Assembly: GCA_965219995.1 (NCBI GenBank)
Contig: CBDCOX010000002.1
Coordinates: 4,000,001-4,064,000 of the forward strand
Direction: 5' to 3'
Length of the DNA stretch: 64,000 bases
Source: Candidatus Latescibacterota bacterium
GTDB lineage: Bacteria; Latescibacterota; UBA2968; GCA-2709665
Of this stretch, positions 1-10,086 are shown piece by piece (positions within the stretch are counted from its first letter, which is position 1; each line of letters starts with the position of its first letter). Position numbers and translations under genes: made by a program. Below the pieces are notes generated by a model. That model was given only the letters and a program-made list of their open reading frames with translations, did no database searches and was not told the origin of the DNA.

Positions 1-2
1 AC

Positions 3-3000
3 GTCCGGACGCCGACGCTTCCGGCGGAAGGAATCGAGGGGTCTCTGATCTACGGGCGGCGCGGGGAGTTTTCGGATTTCAACGGCTCGGTGGTGGACGG
101 CAGCGTCGTTCTCATGGACTTCGGTTGCGGGCAGAACTACGTGAACGCGATGACGCTGGGCGCGAAGGCGATTCTGTTCTTCGACGACGGGAACGTCACG
201 CGCGGGGAAGCGGAGGACAAGTTTCTGGAGGTGCCCGTAAACGTGCCCCGGTTCTGGGTAGACCGGGAGGATGCGCGTCGCCTTCTCAATGACGTCGAGC
301 GCGGGGACGTCCGGGTGCATCTCACGGCACGGATGGACTGGAAAACGGTGGAGGCGGCAAACGTGTACGGCTATCTGCCGGGATCCGGGGAGCGTTTTCC
401 GGGAGGAACCGGCATCCGATGGAAGGACAGGCTGATTGTCGTCGGGGCGTACTACGACGCCATGTCCATCGTGCCTGCCCTTGCCCCGGGCGCCGAAAGC
501 GCCTCCGGCGCCGCCGCGCTGCTCGAGGTGATCCGCTCGCTGAAGCGGCACGGTTCCCGGCACTCCTTCCTATTTCTGGCGACGTCCGCGCACTTCGAAG
601 GGCTCACGGGAATCAACGATTTCCTGTTCCGACATTCCCGGCGAAGCGATTATTTCAGAGACCGGATCCCCGAAGGCGAACGCATTGATTTCAGCCTGTT
701 CGTCGGGCTGGACCTGTCCAGCCGCAGCAGGCAGGTGGGCGGATTCGCGATGGGGACCTTCTACAATGCCCGCAAGGGAACGGACGAATACCTGAAAAAC
801 CTGCTGACGCCGTATTCTCACCGGTTCCGCGAATACAGCCGGGCGCTCTTCCCGGACGAGGCGCGCTACGTGGACGTGGTGGCCCCGGCCAAGCGGCCAT
901 GGACGTCATATATGCCGGTACCCCTTGCCCTGGAAAGCGAGGCCGCCGTCTTCGTCGGGCAGGAAGCGATGACACTGGTAACCCTGTACGACGGTCGCGC
1001 TCGCACCGACACCCCGCTCGATCTTCCCGAGGCAATGGCCTTCGACCGCCTGACGGACCAGGTGCGGTCCGTGGCGGCCATGATGATCAAGGCGGGAAAC
1101 GACCCGGGCTTTTTCCGGGAGACCCAGCTTCGGCTGATGGATCGCGGGCACCGCCTCTCCGGACGCATTCTCTGGTTCGACAGGAACGTGGATTTCGCGA
1201 TTCCCAGGGTGCCGGTTCCAGGCGCGCTGGTGACGTACAAACAGCCGGGCCCGGGCAGCCTGGCCGGCGTCCGGACGCTGATGGTCACGCAGGCCACCAC
1301 AGGTCCTGTATATGAAGGACCGCCCTCCCGCGGGGCGGTGTTCGGCTCGAGGGACGAGGTTGGGCGGACCGGCCGGTTTGCGTTCGACATCGTGAGAAAC
1401 CGCTTCTCGAACCAGGTTCTGGCGTACGAGATCGACGCGGAGGGACGGATTGTCTCGGCGCCTGACATGGGCCTTGAGGGCGCCGGTTCTGACGGCAGAG
1501 AGGGAAAGTACCCCCTGCTTCAGGGATACGGGTGGTGGGACAACGAGATGATGGGCGTGCTGTTCAGGTGCCGGTCGCTCAGCCTGTTCGAGATTGTGGA
1601 TTCTAGCTATCTCTCGGTGCTGGACCACATGAAGGTGCTAGGGAGGGACAACAGCGAGCCGATCGAGTACGGATTCCGGTACGTGGCCAATCAGGGCCGG
1701 AAGGAGGGAAAGGTCACGCAGGCGTCGGTGGCATTCGCGCCGCCCGGGGAGCGGATCAAGATCCTGATGAGCAGCGGGCTGTTCGGAATCAAGTACCTGC
1801 TGATCAACGCGCCGGAAGACCTGTTGACCGATCCCGTCGCGTCGCGGCAGGTGAACGCGGCGACGGTGAAACGGTCCATGGGAACCGGCTACGTCCCGGA
1901 TGGAAGTGCGATCACCCTGCCGTCATACAGGGCGGCGCGGGATATGTGGATCGTGGACGACGTGCGGATGAAGCAACTGGCACGCTACGGCGTGGAAAAC
2001 CAGCGGCTTTCCCGGCTGCACGACCGCGCCCGGGAGTCTCTGCTCCAGGCGGAACGCCACCTGGAAAACCGCCGGTATGACCGGTTCATTGCATCGGCCA
2101 GGGAGGGATGGGGGCTGGAGGCACGAGGGTATCCCGAGGTCAAAGAGACGGCCAACGATACAGTCCGGGGAGTCATCTTCTATTTTGTCCTGCTGCTGCC
2201 GTTCTCGTTCTTCTGCGAGCGGCTGTTTTTCGGCTTTCCCGACGTCCATAGGAGAATTATCGGATTTGCCGGAATCCTCATCGCCATGTTTCTGGCCCTG
2301 CGGTGGGTGCATCCCGCGTTTCAGCTTTCGGGGTCTCCGTACATCATCTTTCTCGCCTTCGTGATCCTGTGTCTGGGCGGCGTGGCCATGGTGATTGTCG
2401 TTTCCAGGTTCGCGGATCAAGTGAGGAAGCTGAAGCAGGCGGCAACGGGCGTGTACGAGGAGGACGTGGGGCGGATTTCCGCCACGATCGTGGCCTTTAC
2501 GTTGGGAGTTTCGAATCTGCGAAAGCGGCCGTTGCGCAGCGGCCTGACGGCGGTGACGCTGACCCTGTTGACCTTTACGGTGCTCTCGTTTACGTCGGTA
2601 CAGACGTATCTGCGTTTCTACAAGCTGCCGAGGGACAACCGGCCGCCCTACGAGGGAGCGCTGGTGAGAGACCGGAACTGGCGGGGGTTGCAGCCCTCGG
2701 TACTGACCTATATCCAGAGCCATTTTGGCGGTTTCGCCCGGGTCGCCCCCCGGGCATTTTACATTTCCGAAAAGCGCGGCGAACGGGCTTACGTCGACTT
2801 CGAGGAGCCGGAAAGCGGCCGGCGGAGTTTCGCGAACGGTTTGTTGGGTGTAACGCCGCAGGAGCCGGGGGTGCTGGGGCTGGACCGGCTGCTGACTGCC
2901 GGCAGGTGGTTCCGGGAGGGGGAACGCCACGCGGTTATCCTTCCGGGAGAATTGGCAGAGCTGGTTGGGATCACCCCCGCGGACGTGGTAGCCGGCCGGG

Positions 3001-4280
3001 CGCGTGTGCGCATGCTTGGGGTTGAGCTTGCCGTTGTCGGGATTCTGGACTCCCGGGCCGTCGACAGGCTTGCGGACATGGACGACGAACGATTGACGCC
3101 CATCGACACCACGATGGAGACTACAGGGACGAGCGACTGGCGCAACCTGAGCCAGGACCCGAGGTTGATGGGAGCGGAGCCGATCGAGGCGTTCATCCAC
3201 CTGGACACGAGCAATACGGCGCTGCTTCCGTACGAATTTGTGATCGAAATCGGGGGCAACCTCCGGTCGATCGCGATCACCGATTTCAGGGACCCGCAGG
3301 GCAACCCGAGCCGCGACGTCCGGCGGCAGATCGAGGACTTCATGTCCAGGGTCGCGCTGACGATGTTCGTGGGGATCGGCGACGAGGTTACGGTATACAG
3401 TTCGATCGGGACGACCTCGCTCTCCGGCATCGCGAATCTCTTCATCCCGCTGCTGATCGCCTCGCTCATCGTTCTGAATACGATGATGGGCGCAGTGTAC
3501 GAGAGATTCCGCGAGATCGGCGTCTACTCGGCGGTGGGGCTGGCGCCCAGCCACATATCCGCCCTCTTCCTGGCCGAGGCGGCGGTGTTTGCCACGCTGG
3601 GGGCCGCGTTCGGTTACCTGATCGGCCAGGCGGTAGCGATGTTCCTGTATGAACGCGGGGCATTGGGCGGGATGTCATTGAACTATTCGTCGCTGTCCGC
3701 GGTTTCGTCCACCGTGCTGGTCATGCTGGCGGTGTTCCTGTCCACGCTCTATCCGGCCAGGAAAGCCGAGCAGATGTCGGTGCCGGATGTGACCCGGCGG
3801 TGGCAGTTTCCCCATCCCGACGGTGACGACTGGTCGTTCGACTTTCCGTTCACCCTGGCGGGATCGGAAGCCCTTGGGATGTATACCTATCTCTTCCGGT
3901 GTTTCGAGTCGTTCGGCGAAGGTTCCCTGGGCCGGTTCGTTTCCCGTGACGTGCGTTTCGGGTCCGAGCCGTTAACGGCCGGCACGGGGTATACGATCGC
4001 GCTGCGGATGTGGCTGGCGCCCTACGATATGGGGATCAGCCAGGACGTCCGGATGAGTGCGATTCCCACGGGAGAACACGATATCTACCGTATCGAGGTC
4101 CGGATCCATCGCCTGAGCGGCGACGTGAACTCCTGGCAGCGGGTGAACAGGGGCTTCCTGAACGACCTCCGCAAGCTCTTTCTGGTGTGGAAGACCATGC
4201 CCCCGGAAACCAGGACGGACTACGCCAGGCAGGGCGAGGTCGAACTGGAGGCGGGAGTGCAGGCGGCGAGCGCAACATGA
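3..4280 (+). CDS. FtsX/MacB-type ABC permease fused to PA and degenerate M28 peptidase-like domains (5' partial)
   Basis: Frame is open from the window edge (VRTPTLPAEGIEGSLIYGRRGEFSDF, PA-like). M28-like IVVGAYYDAMS...PGAESASGAAALLE; TM cluster; MacB-like NLRKRPLRSGLT; FtsX signature IVLNTMMGAVYERFREIGVYSAVGL. Confidence 0.85.
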   Translation, partial: VRTPTLPAEGIEGSLIYGRRGEFSDFNGSVVDGSVVLMDFGCGQNYVNAMTLGAKAILFFDDGNVTRGEAEDKFLEVPVNVPRFWVDREDARRLLNDVERGDVRVHLTARMDWKTVEAANVYGYLPGSGERFPGGTGIRWKDRLIVVGAYYDAMSIVPALAPGAESASGAAALLEVIRSLKRHGSRHSFLFLATSAHFEGLTGINDFLFRHSRRSDYFRDRIPEGERIDFSLFVGLDLSSRSRQVGGFAMGTFYNARKGTDEYLKNLLTPYSHRFREYSRALFPDEARYVDVVAPAKRPWTSYMPVPLALESEAAVFVGQEAMTLVTLYDGRARTDTPLDLPEAMAFDRLTDQVRSVAAMMIKAGNDPGFFRETQLRLMDRGHRLSGRILWFDRNVDFAIPRVPVPGALVTYKQPGPGSLAGVRTLMVTQATTGPVYEGPPSRGAVFGSRDEVGRTGRFAFDIVRNRFSNQVLAYEIDAEGRIVSAPDMGLEGAGSDGREGKYPLLQGYGWWDNEMMGVLFRCRSLSLFEIVDSSYLSVLDHMKVLGRDNSEPIEYGFRYVANQGRKEGKVTQASVAFAPPGERIKILMSSGLFGIKYLLINAPEDLLTDPVASRQVNAATVKRSMGTGYVPDGSAITLPSYRAARDMWIVDDVRMKQLARYGVENQRLSRLHDRARESLLQAERHLENRRYDRFIASAREGWGLEARGYPEVKETANDTVRGVIFYFVLLLPFSFFCERLFFGFPDVHRRIIGFAGILIAMFLALRWVHPAFQLSGSPYIIFLAFVILCLGGVAMVIVVSRFADQVRKLKQAATGVYEEDVGRISATIVAFTLGVSNLRKRPLRSGLTAVTLTLLTFTVLSFTSVQTYLRFYKLPRDNRPPYEGALVRDRNWRGLQPSVLTYIQSHFGGFARVAPRAFYISEKRGERAYVDFEEPESGRRSFANGLLGVTPQEPGVLGLDRLLTAGRWFREGERHAVILPGELAELVGITPADVVAGRARVRMLGVELAVVGILDSRAVDRLADMDDERLTPIDTTMETTGTSDWRNLSQDPRLMGAEPIEAFIHLDTSNTALLPYEFVIEIGGNLRSIAITDFRDPQGNPSRDVRRQIEDFMSRVALTMFVGIGDEVTVYSSIGTTSLSGIANLFIPLLIASLIVLNTMMGAVYERFREIGVYSAVGLAPSHISALFLAEAAVFATLGAAFGYLIGQAVAMFLYERGALGGMSLNYSSLSAVSSTVLVMLAVFLSTLYPARKAEQMSVPDVTRRWQFPHPDGDDWSFDFPFTLAGSEALGMYTYLFRCFESFGEGSLGRFVSRDVRFGSEPLTAGTGYTIALRMWLAPYDMGISQDVRMSAIPTGEHDIYRIEVRIHRLSGDVNSWQRVNRGFLNDLRKLFLVWKTMPPETRTDYARQGEVELEAGVQAASAT

Positions 4281-4330
4281 TCGGGCCAACCGAGAAGCTG
4301 TTTTCAAACAGCTTCTGAGGAAAACGCGGT

Positions 4331-6298
4331 ATGGCGAGACCTGCCGGGCAGCGCGAAACGGAGGCAGCCGGCAAGAACGCGGAGATGCGCGGGGTTACGG
4401 CGCGTGCCCTGAGCGTGGGGCTGGGGATTGCCGCCCTGCACAATTTCTGGAGCCTGCACTCGCTCTATATCATCCGGGGATCGTGGCTGAACCGTACGCA
4501 TTTCCCCATGGGCGTGTTCGTGCCGTTCCTGATCCTCGTCCTGGCAACCCCGGTCCTCCGTCGATTCGTTCCCAGAATGGCGATGTCCGGGCCCGAACTC
4601 CTGGTGGCGCTGTGTGCGGGTCTGGCGGGAGGTATGGTTCCGACGTTCGGTCTATCCACGACCTGGATCGGCATGCTGGCCATTCCGCACTATCTCGCCA
4701 CGCCCGAGAATCAGTGGGGAGAGTACCTCCTGCCCAACGTGCCCGGGTGGATGGTGCCTTCCAACGCGCAGGGGGCCATGAGATGGCTTTTCGAGGGTCT
4801 CCCCCCCGGCGAAGGGGTTCCCTGGGGCGAATGGGCCGCCCCCCTGTTTTGGTGGACGGCGCTGCTGGGCGGGTTGGCGCTGGTTTCCTTCTGTACGGTC
4901 GCGGTCCTGCACCGGCAGTGGTCGGAGCACGAACGGCTGGCCTATCCCATTCCCTCGGTGGCCGGGGACATGGCGGAAGGGGCCGAGGGCAGAGGCGAAT
5001 GGGCCGGGTTGTTGCGGAACCGGTTGTTCATCGCGGGATTGTCGGCCGCGCTGGCGATCAAAATCTGGAACCTGGTGCCCGCGTTCGTGCACGGGTTTCC
5101 GATGATCCGTTTGTTTCACCAGCAGCTGTGGGTGTACTTCACACAGTACTCCATGGTCCACGTGAGCCTGAATTTCTACACGATCGGGTTCGCGTACATG
5201 ACGGGCCTGGACCTGCTGTTGAGCATCTGGCTGTTTCATCTCCTTTACATTATGGAGATCGCGGCGTTCGCCCGGATCGGACTGGGCATCGCGGGATTCT
5301 CCGGCGGGGACGTGTCGTGGCAGGGCGGCGGCGCGATGATGTGCTACGTGGGCCTGGCGCTGTGGACGGCACGGGGGCACCTCGGACGCGTGGTACGGCG
5401 AGCGCTGGGCCGGGCCGGCGGCGCGGACGACGACGGGGAGTTGATGCGGTACCGGTGGGCGGTGTGGGGCCTGGTTCTGGGGGTGGCCTTTGTCATTTGC
5501 TGGTTGCGGATGGCCGGTATGGGAGTGCTTCTGGCCACGGGGTTGACGGTGTTGCTGTTCACGAGCTACCTGGGACTCGCGCGGATTGTGGCGCAGACCG
5601 GCCTGCTCTACGTCAACCTGCCCCAGAGCGGCCAGGGGCTTATTCTGGGCACCGTGGGTGCGGCGTCCATTCCGGCGCCGGGTCTCACGGCGATGGCGTT
5701 TACCAATGTCTTCGCCAACGACCACATGGGCCTGTTCATGCCCGCTTTCGCGCAGATTGCGAAATTGGCCGAACGGGTGGAGCGCCACCGAAGGCGGCTG
5801 GGATGGGTTGTGGGGCTGGGCCTGCTTGTCAGCATTGCGACGTCGGTGGGTCTGACGCTCTATTGGGGATATTCCGGCGGGGCGTACAATTTTGGCAGTA
5901 TCGCGCTCTTCCGGCGGACGGTCCCCAGCGTGAACGGGTACGTGAGCCATATGCGCAGCCCCGATCCCGTTTACGCGGCGCCGATTGTTCTCTTCGCGGC
6001 CGGCGCGGCGGGGATGGCCCTGCTGGCATTCCTGCGATACCGGTTCAACTGGTGGCCGGTGCACCCGGCCGGGCTGGCAGTGGGCTACACCGGCATGACG
6101 AGGCACGCGGCCTTCAGCATCTTCGCTGCCTGGGTGTGCAAGTTTATCGTGATCAAAACCGGCGGCATGCTGCTTTACCGGCGGACCGTGCCGTTCTTTA
6201 TCGGGACCATTGTCGGTTACGCGTTGTCCGTTCCCCTGGGTTACGTGCTGGACGTGATCTTTTTCGAGGGGCAGGGGCACGCCGTGCACGCGTATTGA
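4331..6298 (+). CDS. DUF6785/DUF6784-type polytopic membrane protein (putative oligomer/peptide transporter)
   Basis: 655 aa, many TM helices; motifs LHRQWSEHERLAYPI, YLGLARIVAQTG, LRYRFNWWPVHPAG, YRRTVPFFIG recalled as typical of this family. Confidence 0.75.
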   Translation: MARPAGQRETEAAGKNAEMRGVTARALSVGLGIAALHNFWSLHSLYIIRGSWLNRTHFPMGVFVPFLILVLATPVLRRFVPRMAMSGPELLVALCAGLAGGMVPTFGLSTTWIGMLAIPHYLATPENQWGEYLLPNVPGWMVPSNAQGAMRWLFEGLPPGEGVPWGEWAAPLFWWTALLGGLALVSFCTVAVLHRQWSEHERLAYPIPSVAGDMAEGAEGRGEWAGLLRNRLFIAGLSAALAIKIWNLVPAFVHGFPMIRLFHQQLWVYFTQYSMVHVSLNFYTIGFAYMTGLDLLLSIWLFHLLYIMEIAAFARIGLGIAGFSGGDVSWQGGGAMMCYVGLALWTARGHLGRVVRRALGRAGGADDDGELMRYRWAVWGLVLGVAFVICWLRMAGMGVLLATGLTVLLFTSYLGLARIVAQTGLLYVNLPQSGQGLILGTVGAASIPAPGLTAMAFTNVFANDHMGLFMPAFAQIAKLAERVERHRRRLGWVVGLGLLVSIATSVGLTLYWGYSGGAYNFGSIALFRRTVPSVNGYVSHMRSPDPVYAAPIVLFAAGAAGMALLAFLRYRFNWWPVHPAGLAVGYTGMTRHAAFSIFAAWVCKFIVIKTGGMLLYRRTVPFFIGTIVGYALSVPLGYVLDVIFFEGQGHAVHAY

Positions 6299-6344
6299 CG
6301 CAAAAAGGCAGGCCAAGGCCGCGCCTGACGGAGGGAATGATCCG

Positions 6345-9300
6345 ATGCGTATTCCACCGGTGTACACGGAACTGAAAGATCTCAATCTCGACACGGACCT
6401 GGTCCGAAACGGCCGGCCGAACGTCACGATTGTCGTCCCCGCGGGCGGGGTCTACGCAGGCCCCGCGGAACGGATTCAGGCGGCGATTCACGCGCGGACC
6501 GGCGTGCGCGTGCCCGTTGAAGAGGACACGTCCGCCGCAGGGGCCGTACCCATATCCGGACACATGATCGTCCTGGGCAACCGGTCCACGAGTCGAACGA
6601 TCGAAGCGCTCTACAACCTGTACTACACGCTGCTGGATCTGCGCTATCCGGGCCCCGGCGGGTACGAGGTACGCTCGCTTCACAACCCGTTCGGTAACGG
6701 ACACAATGTGATCTTTGCGGGGGGCAGCGATGAGGGCGGTGTGGCCGCGGCGGCGGACGTGCTGGCCGGAAAAGTGTTGGACGCCAACGAAGAAGGTGGC
6801 GGGCATTCGCTGGGCTGGCTGATGGAGATCCAACTGGGACGAGGGATCGGGGTTCCCGATGATATCCGGGAATTCGAGACGTGGGAGGCCTCGGCGGGAT
6901 ACGGGTCGGTCGGGTATTTCGGGTGGAACAGCATCAGCAAACGAATGGCGATGTACTATATGACCGGTGACCCCTTTCACGCGCGGGAAGCTCTCCGGCT
7001 GGCCTTTCCCGACGACCGGGCGATGGCGGAGATCACCGAAATCGACGGGGAGCGGATCGAAAACAAGGACGAGCCGCTCAGCGGACCCTATCACTATAAC
7101 GCGCACATGATGATTCTGTATTGGGACCTCATCGAAGAGAGTCCGGTCTTTACGGATGACGAACGCCTGCGGGTCACGAACGCCTTCGCCGCACAGTTCG
7201 GCCACGCGCAGGACCAGGGCGCCAGGCGGCGGGTCGTTGAAAACGTGCGTCGCGGCGCGAGTGGATTCGGAAAACCGCCGTACAGCGTGGGGTCGCGGCA
7301 CGGGCAGTGGTCCGCGATTTCGCTGTACTGCCTGGGCCGTTACTTCAACAACCACTACCCCAGCGCGCTCTGGGAGCAATCCATGGCGGCGGCCAGGTGG
7401 CATTTCGCATCGCTGCATCACCACGCCCTGGTGGACGGTGAACACGACAATCTGTTCTGGTACAATACGGGAATGGCTCCTGTTCTGAGCTATATGCTGC
7501 TTACGGGCGACCGGAAGCCCATTGAAAACGGCGTTATGGCCGACCTGCTCCGCGGGCAGGAGATCCTCGCCTCGGGGCGCGAACCCGACTGGGCCCTGAA
7601 TTCCGCGTCCATCGGATTTCTCAACAAGGCCGCCTATCTGACGGGTGACGGCCGTTACCGCGAGTACCTGCGCCGGACCGGGATGGACCTGAGCATCTTC
7701 CGGCTCGGGCAGTCCTTCTGGCCGGAGGACGATATCGAGCCCCGCCTGCCCACGGATCTTGTGAACCAGTGGTCCATCCATCCCATCCCCGAGCCGCTGT
7801 GGCAGGAGCGTCACAGCGGACTGCCGTTGGAGTACTCGTATCTGTTCGGCAGTTTTCGCAGCGAGGCGGATTCAACCGGCGATTTCATCCTGGTGAAGGG
7901 GATGAACGGCGCGTCCCGAAACGCGTATCACACCTTTGTGGTACTGGAGCTGCGACTGGATGGAGAGACGTTGCTGGAAGGCTACCTGAACCAGGTGCTG
8001 ACCCGGTCGGAGGGAACGGTGGAAGCGGTGGTGGCGATGGATTCCGCGCTGAAGTACCGGGACGTTGTCGGGGGAACCGCCGTGATCGCGGCCGAAGTGC
8101 CCAGGGCGGCCTTCTGCGCCTGGCGCCGGACGCTCGCGCAGCGGGTGGGTCGGTACGCGCTGTTCGTGGACCACCTGACGTTCCGCGAGGACAGCGAGGA
8201 ACTGGAGGTGGAGGTGTTGTGGCAGGGCAAGGGCGCGTGGGAGGCGCTGCCGGACGGCGGCGCGGTAAGGATCCGGGACGCTGCGGAGGTCCATATGTCT
8301 GATCCTTTGGAGACCGTGGTTGCGGACGGCGAGGCGCGTATGGTCTGGCGGGGGCGGGTGGAGAATGGAGACGAGAGATGCGCCTTCTCGCTGCTGGCAG
8401 GGGATGGCACGACGTGCGCGCGGCTGGACGAAAACGCGGCCGCACTGTCGCTCCCGGAGCCTGCCGTGGCCGCTGCCGGTGAATACGAGGGTCTCAAGGG
8501 CGACCTGGTGGTGCTGGCCGCAACCCACCTCCACGGGGTCAACGCGACCGGGGCGGCGCTCGCCGCATCCCTGTTCCACGCGAGCGCGCCCGTGCAGCTC
8601 GACTGGGACTTTCAGAGCGGTGTCCTCGAGGTGGTTGCGGGTGAGGAGACGGAAATCCGGCTCGCCGTTGCCGATCCGGGTCGCGTGCATGTGGCCGGTA
8701 GTGTACCGGGTGGCCTGGTGGATGACGAGGGTGTGGTCGTCATCGCAATCCCTGAGGGGCGGCATTCGGTTACCGGCGCGGCGCCCGACGCGGCCGCGCT
8801 TGCAAGGGTGACGGCGCGGCTCGAGCGCCTTCTGGAGCAGGGCCGGGATGCCAGACGGCAGACCGCTGCCGCGCCATCGCCCGTTCTTCCGGATGTTCCG
8901 TCCCTGCGATCGGCTTTCACGACCGGCGTGGGTGGTACTGTAGTAGACCTCGTCACTGTCGAATCCGGCGGGGCAGCGCGAATCTGCGCGGCAGAAGGTC
9001 AGAGCGTCCATGTGCTGTCGCAGGAGGGAGCCATCCTTCGGACCCTGCGGACGGACGGTCCCATCCGCCTGCTTCATTGGTGGGGTGAGCACAACCTGCT
9101 CCTGGCGGGATGCGAAGACGAAAAGGTCATCGCGTTCGATCCGGATTCGGGCGTTCGGAAATGGGCGTTCACGTCGGAGGAAGACCCGGCGGTATTCCGG
9201 GCCGCGAAGCCGTACTGGTTCAAGACGGCGCCGGGGCACGCCGGCGTCCACGGACTCCATTCAGGCGTTTTTCTGGACGGGAAGAGCCAGGCATTCGTGG

Positions 9301-10061
9301 GCAGCGCCTGCACGCTGGAGATACTGGATGAGGACGGGAATCTCGTGAAACGGCTTCCGGTATTCTGGGGGCCGGGTTCGCGTTTCGCTTTGATCGAAGG
9401 GCCCGAGGGCAGCATCGATCTGCTCATCGCGCGGCAGCCCACGGACTCGCACGCGATGGCGGTCGTGAACAACCGCGAACTGGATCCGAAGCAGCGGAGC
9501 TTCCGGGACGTGCCGGACGGACACACGAATATCGGCGGATGGGCGTGCATGAGCCGGAAGCACATTTTCAATGAGGACCTGGATGGGGACGGCAGGAGGG
9601 AAGTCGTGAGCGAGATCAACGGGACCTGGAACCGGGTGACGGTGTGGGCGGAAGACGGGCGCGCCCTGCACAATGTCCACCTGGGCCCGGGGGAGCGTAT
9701 TCCCGCGGACAACGTTCGGGACTTTGACGTTTTCGACCTGGATGGCGACGGAAGGAAGGAGCTCCTCGCTGCGCTTTCGGGCGGGCTGATACTCGCCCTG
9801 AATCACCGATGCGAAAGGGTCTGGTCCAGGCGGATGCCGTCTCCGCCGACAGTAATGGCGGCAGTCGGGGCAGGGGGCGGCGCCAGGGTCGTGGCAGGCT
9901 GTGAAGACGGCGCGCTGGTCGTTCTGGACAGCGCCGGAGCAGTCGTCCAATCGGGCAGGACGAACGGGAGGCCGACCTGCATACAGAAGGTGAACGGAAC
10001 CGTTGTCCTGGCGACGGATCAGGGCGAGATCACGGGGTGGCGGATCGACGGCCGCCGGTGA
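6345..10061 (+). CDS. Large multidomain lyase-like/beta-propeller protein, paralogue 1 (divergent active-site motifs)
   Basis: 1238 aa; N-terminal DLRYPGPGGYEVRSLHNPFGNG motif, WDLIEESPVFTDDERL helix, C-terminal DLDGDG repeats; GGAGG upstream. Confidence 0.75.
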   Translation: MRIPPVYTELKDLNLDTDLVRNGRPNVTIVVPAGGVYAGPAERIQAAIHARTGVRVPVEEDTSAAGAVPISGHMIVLGNRSTSRTIEALYNLYYTLLDLRYPGPGGYEVRSLHNPFGNGHNVIFAGGSDEGGVAAAADVLAGKVLDANEEGGGHSLGWLMEIQLGRGIGVPDDIREFETWEASAGYGSVGYFGWNSISKRMAMYYMTGDPFHAREALRLAFPDDRAMAEITEIDGERIENKDEPLSGPYHYNAHMMILYWDLIEESPVFTDDERLRVTNAFAAQFGHAQDQGARRRVVENVRRGASGFGKPPYSVGSRHGQWSAISLYCLGRYFNNHYPSALWEQSMAAARWHFASLHHHALVDGEHDNLFWYNTGMAPVLSYMLLTGDRKPIENGVMADLLRGQEILASGREPDWALNSASIGFLNKAAYLTGDGRYREYLRRTGMDLSIFRLGQSFWPEDDIEPRLPTDLVNQWSIHPIPEPLWQERHSGLPLEYSYLFGSFRSEADSTGDFILVKGMNGASRNAYHTFVVLELRLDGETLLEGYLNQVLTRSEGTVEAVVAMDSALKYRDVVGGTAVIAAEVPRAAFCAWRRTLAQRVGRYALFVDHLTFREDSEELEVEVLWQGKGAWEALPDGGAVRIRDAAEVHMSDPLETVVADGEARMVWRGRVENGDERCAFSLLAGDGTTCARLDENAAALSLPEPAVAAAGEYEGLKGDLVVLAATHLHGVNATGAALAASLFHASAPVQLDWDFQSGVLEVVAGEETEIRLAVADPGRVHVAGSVPGGLVDDEGVVVIAIPEGRHSVTGAAPDAAALARVTARLERLLEQGRDARRQTAAAPSPVLPDVPSLRSAFTTGVGGTVVDLVTVESGGAARICAAEGQSVHVLSQEGAILRTLRTDGPIRLLHWWGEHNLLLAGCEDEKVIAFDPDSGVRKWAFTSEEDPAVFRAAKPYWFKTAPGHAGVHGLHSGVFLDGKSQAFVGSACTLEILDEDGNLVKRLPVFWGPGSRFALIEGPEGSIDLLIARQPTDSHAMAVVNNRELDPKQRSFRDVPDGHTNIGGWACMSRKHIFNEDLDGDGRREVVSEINGTWNRVTVWAEDGRALHNVHLGPGERIPADNVRDFDVFDLDGDGRKELLAALSGGLILALNHRCERVWSRRMPSPPTVMAAVGAGGGARVVAGCEDGALVVLDSAGAVVQSGRTNGRPTCIQKVNGTVVLATDQGEITGWRIDGRR

Positions 10062-10086
10062 TCCCGACGCCGTGACGGAGGAAGAA

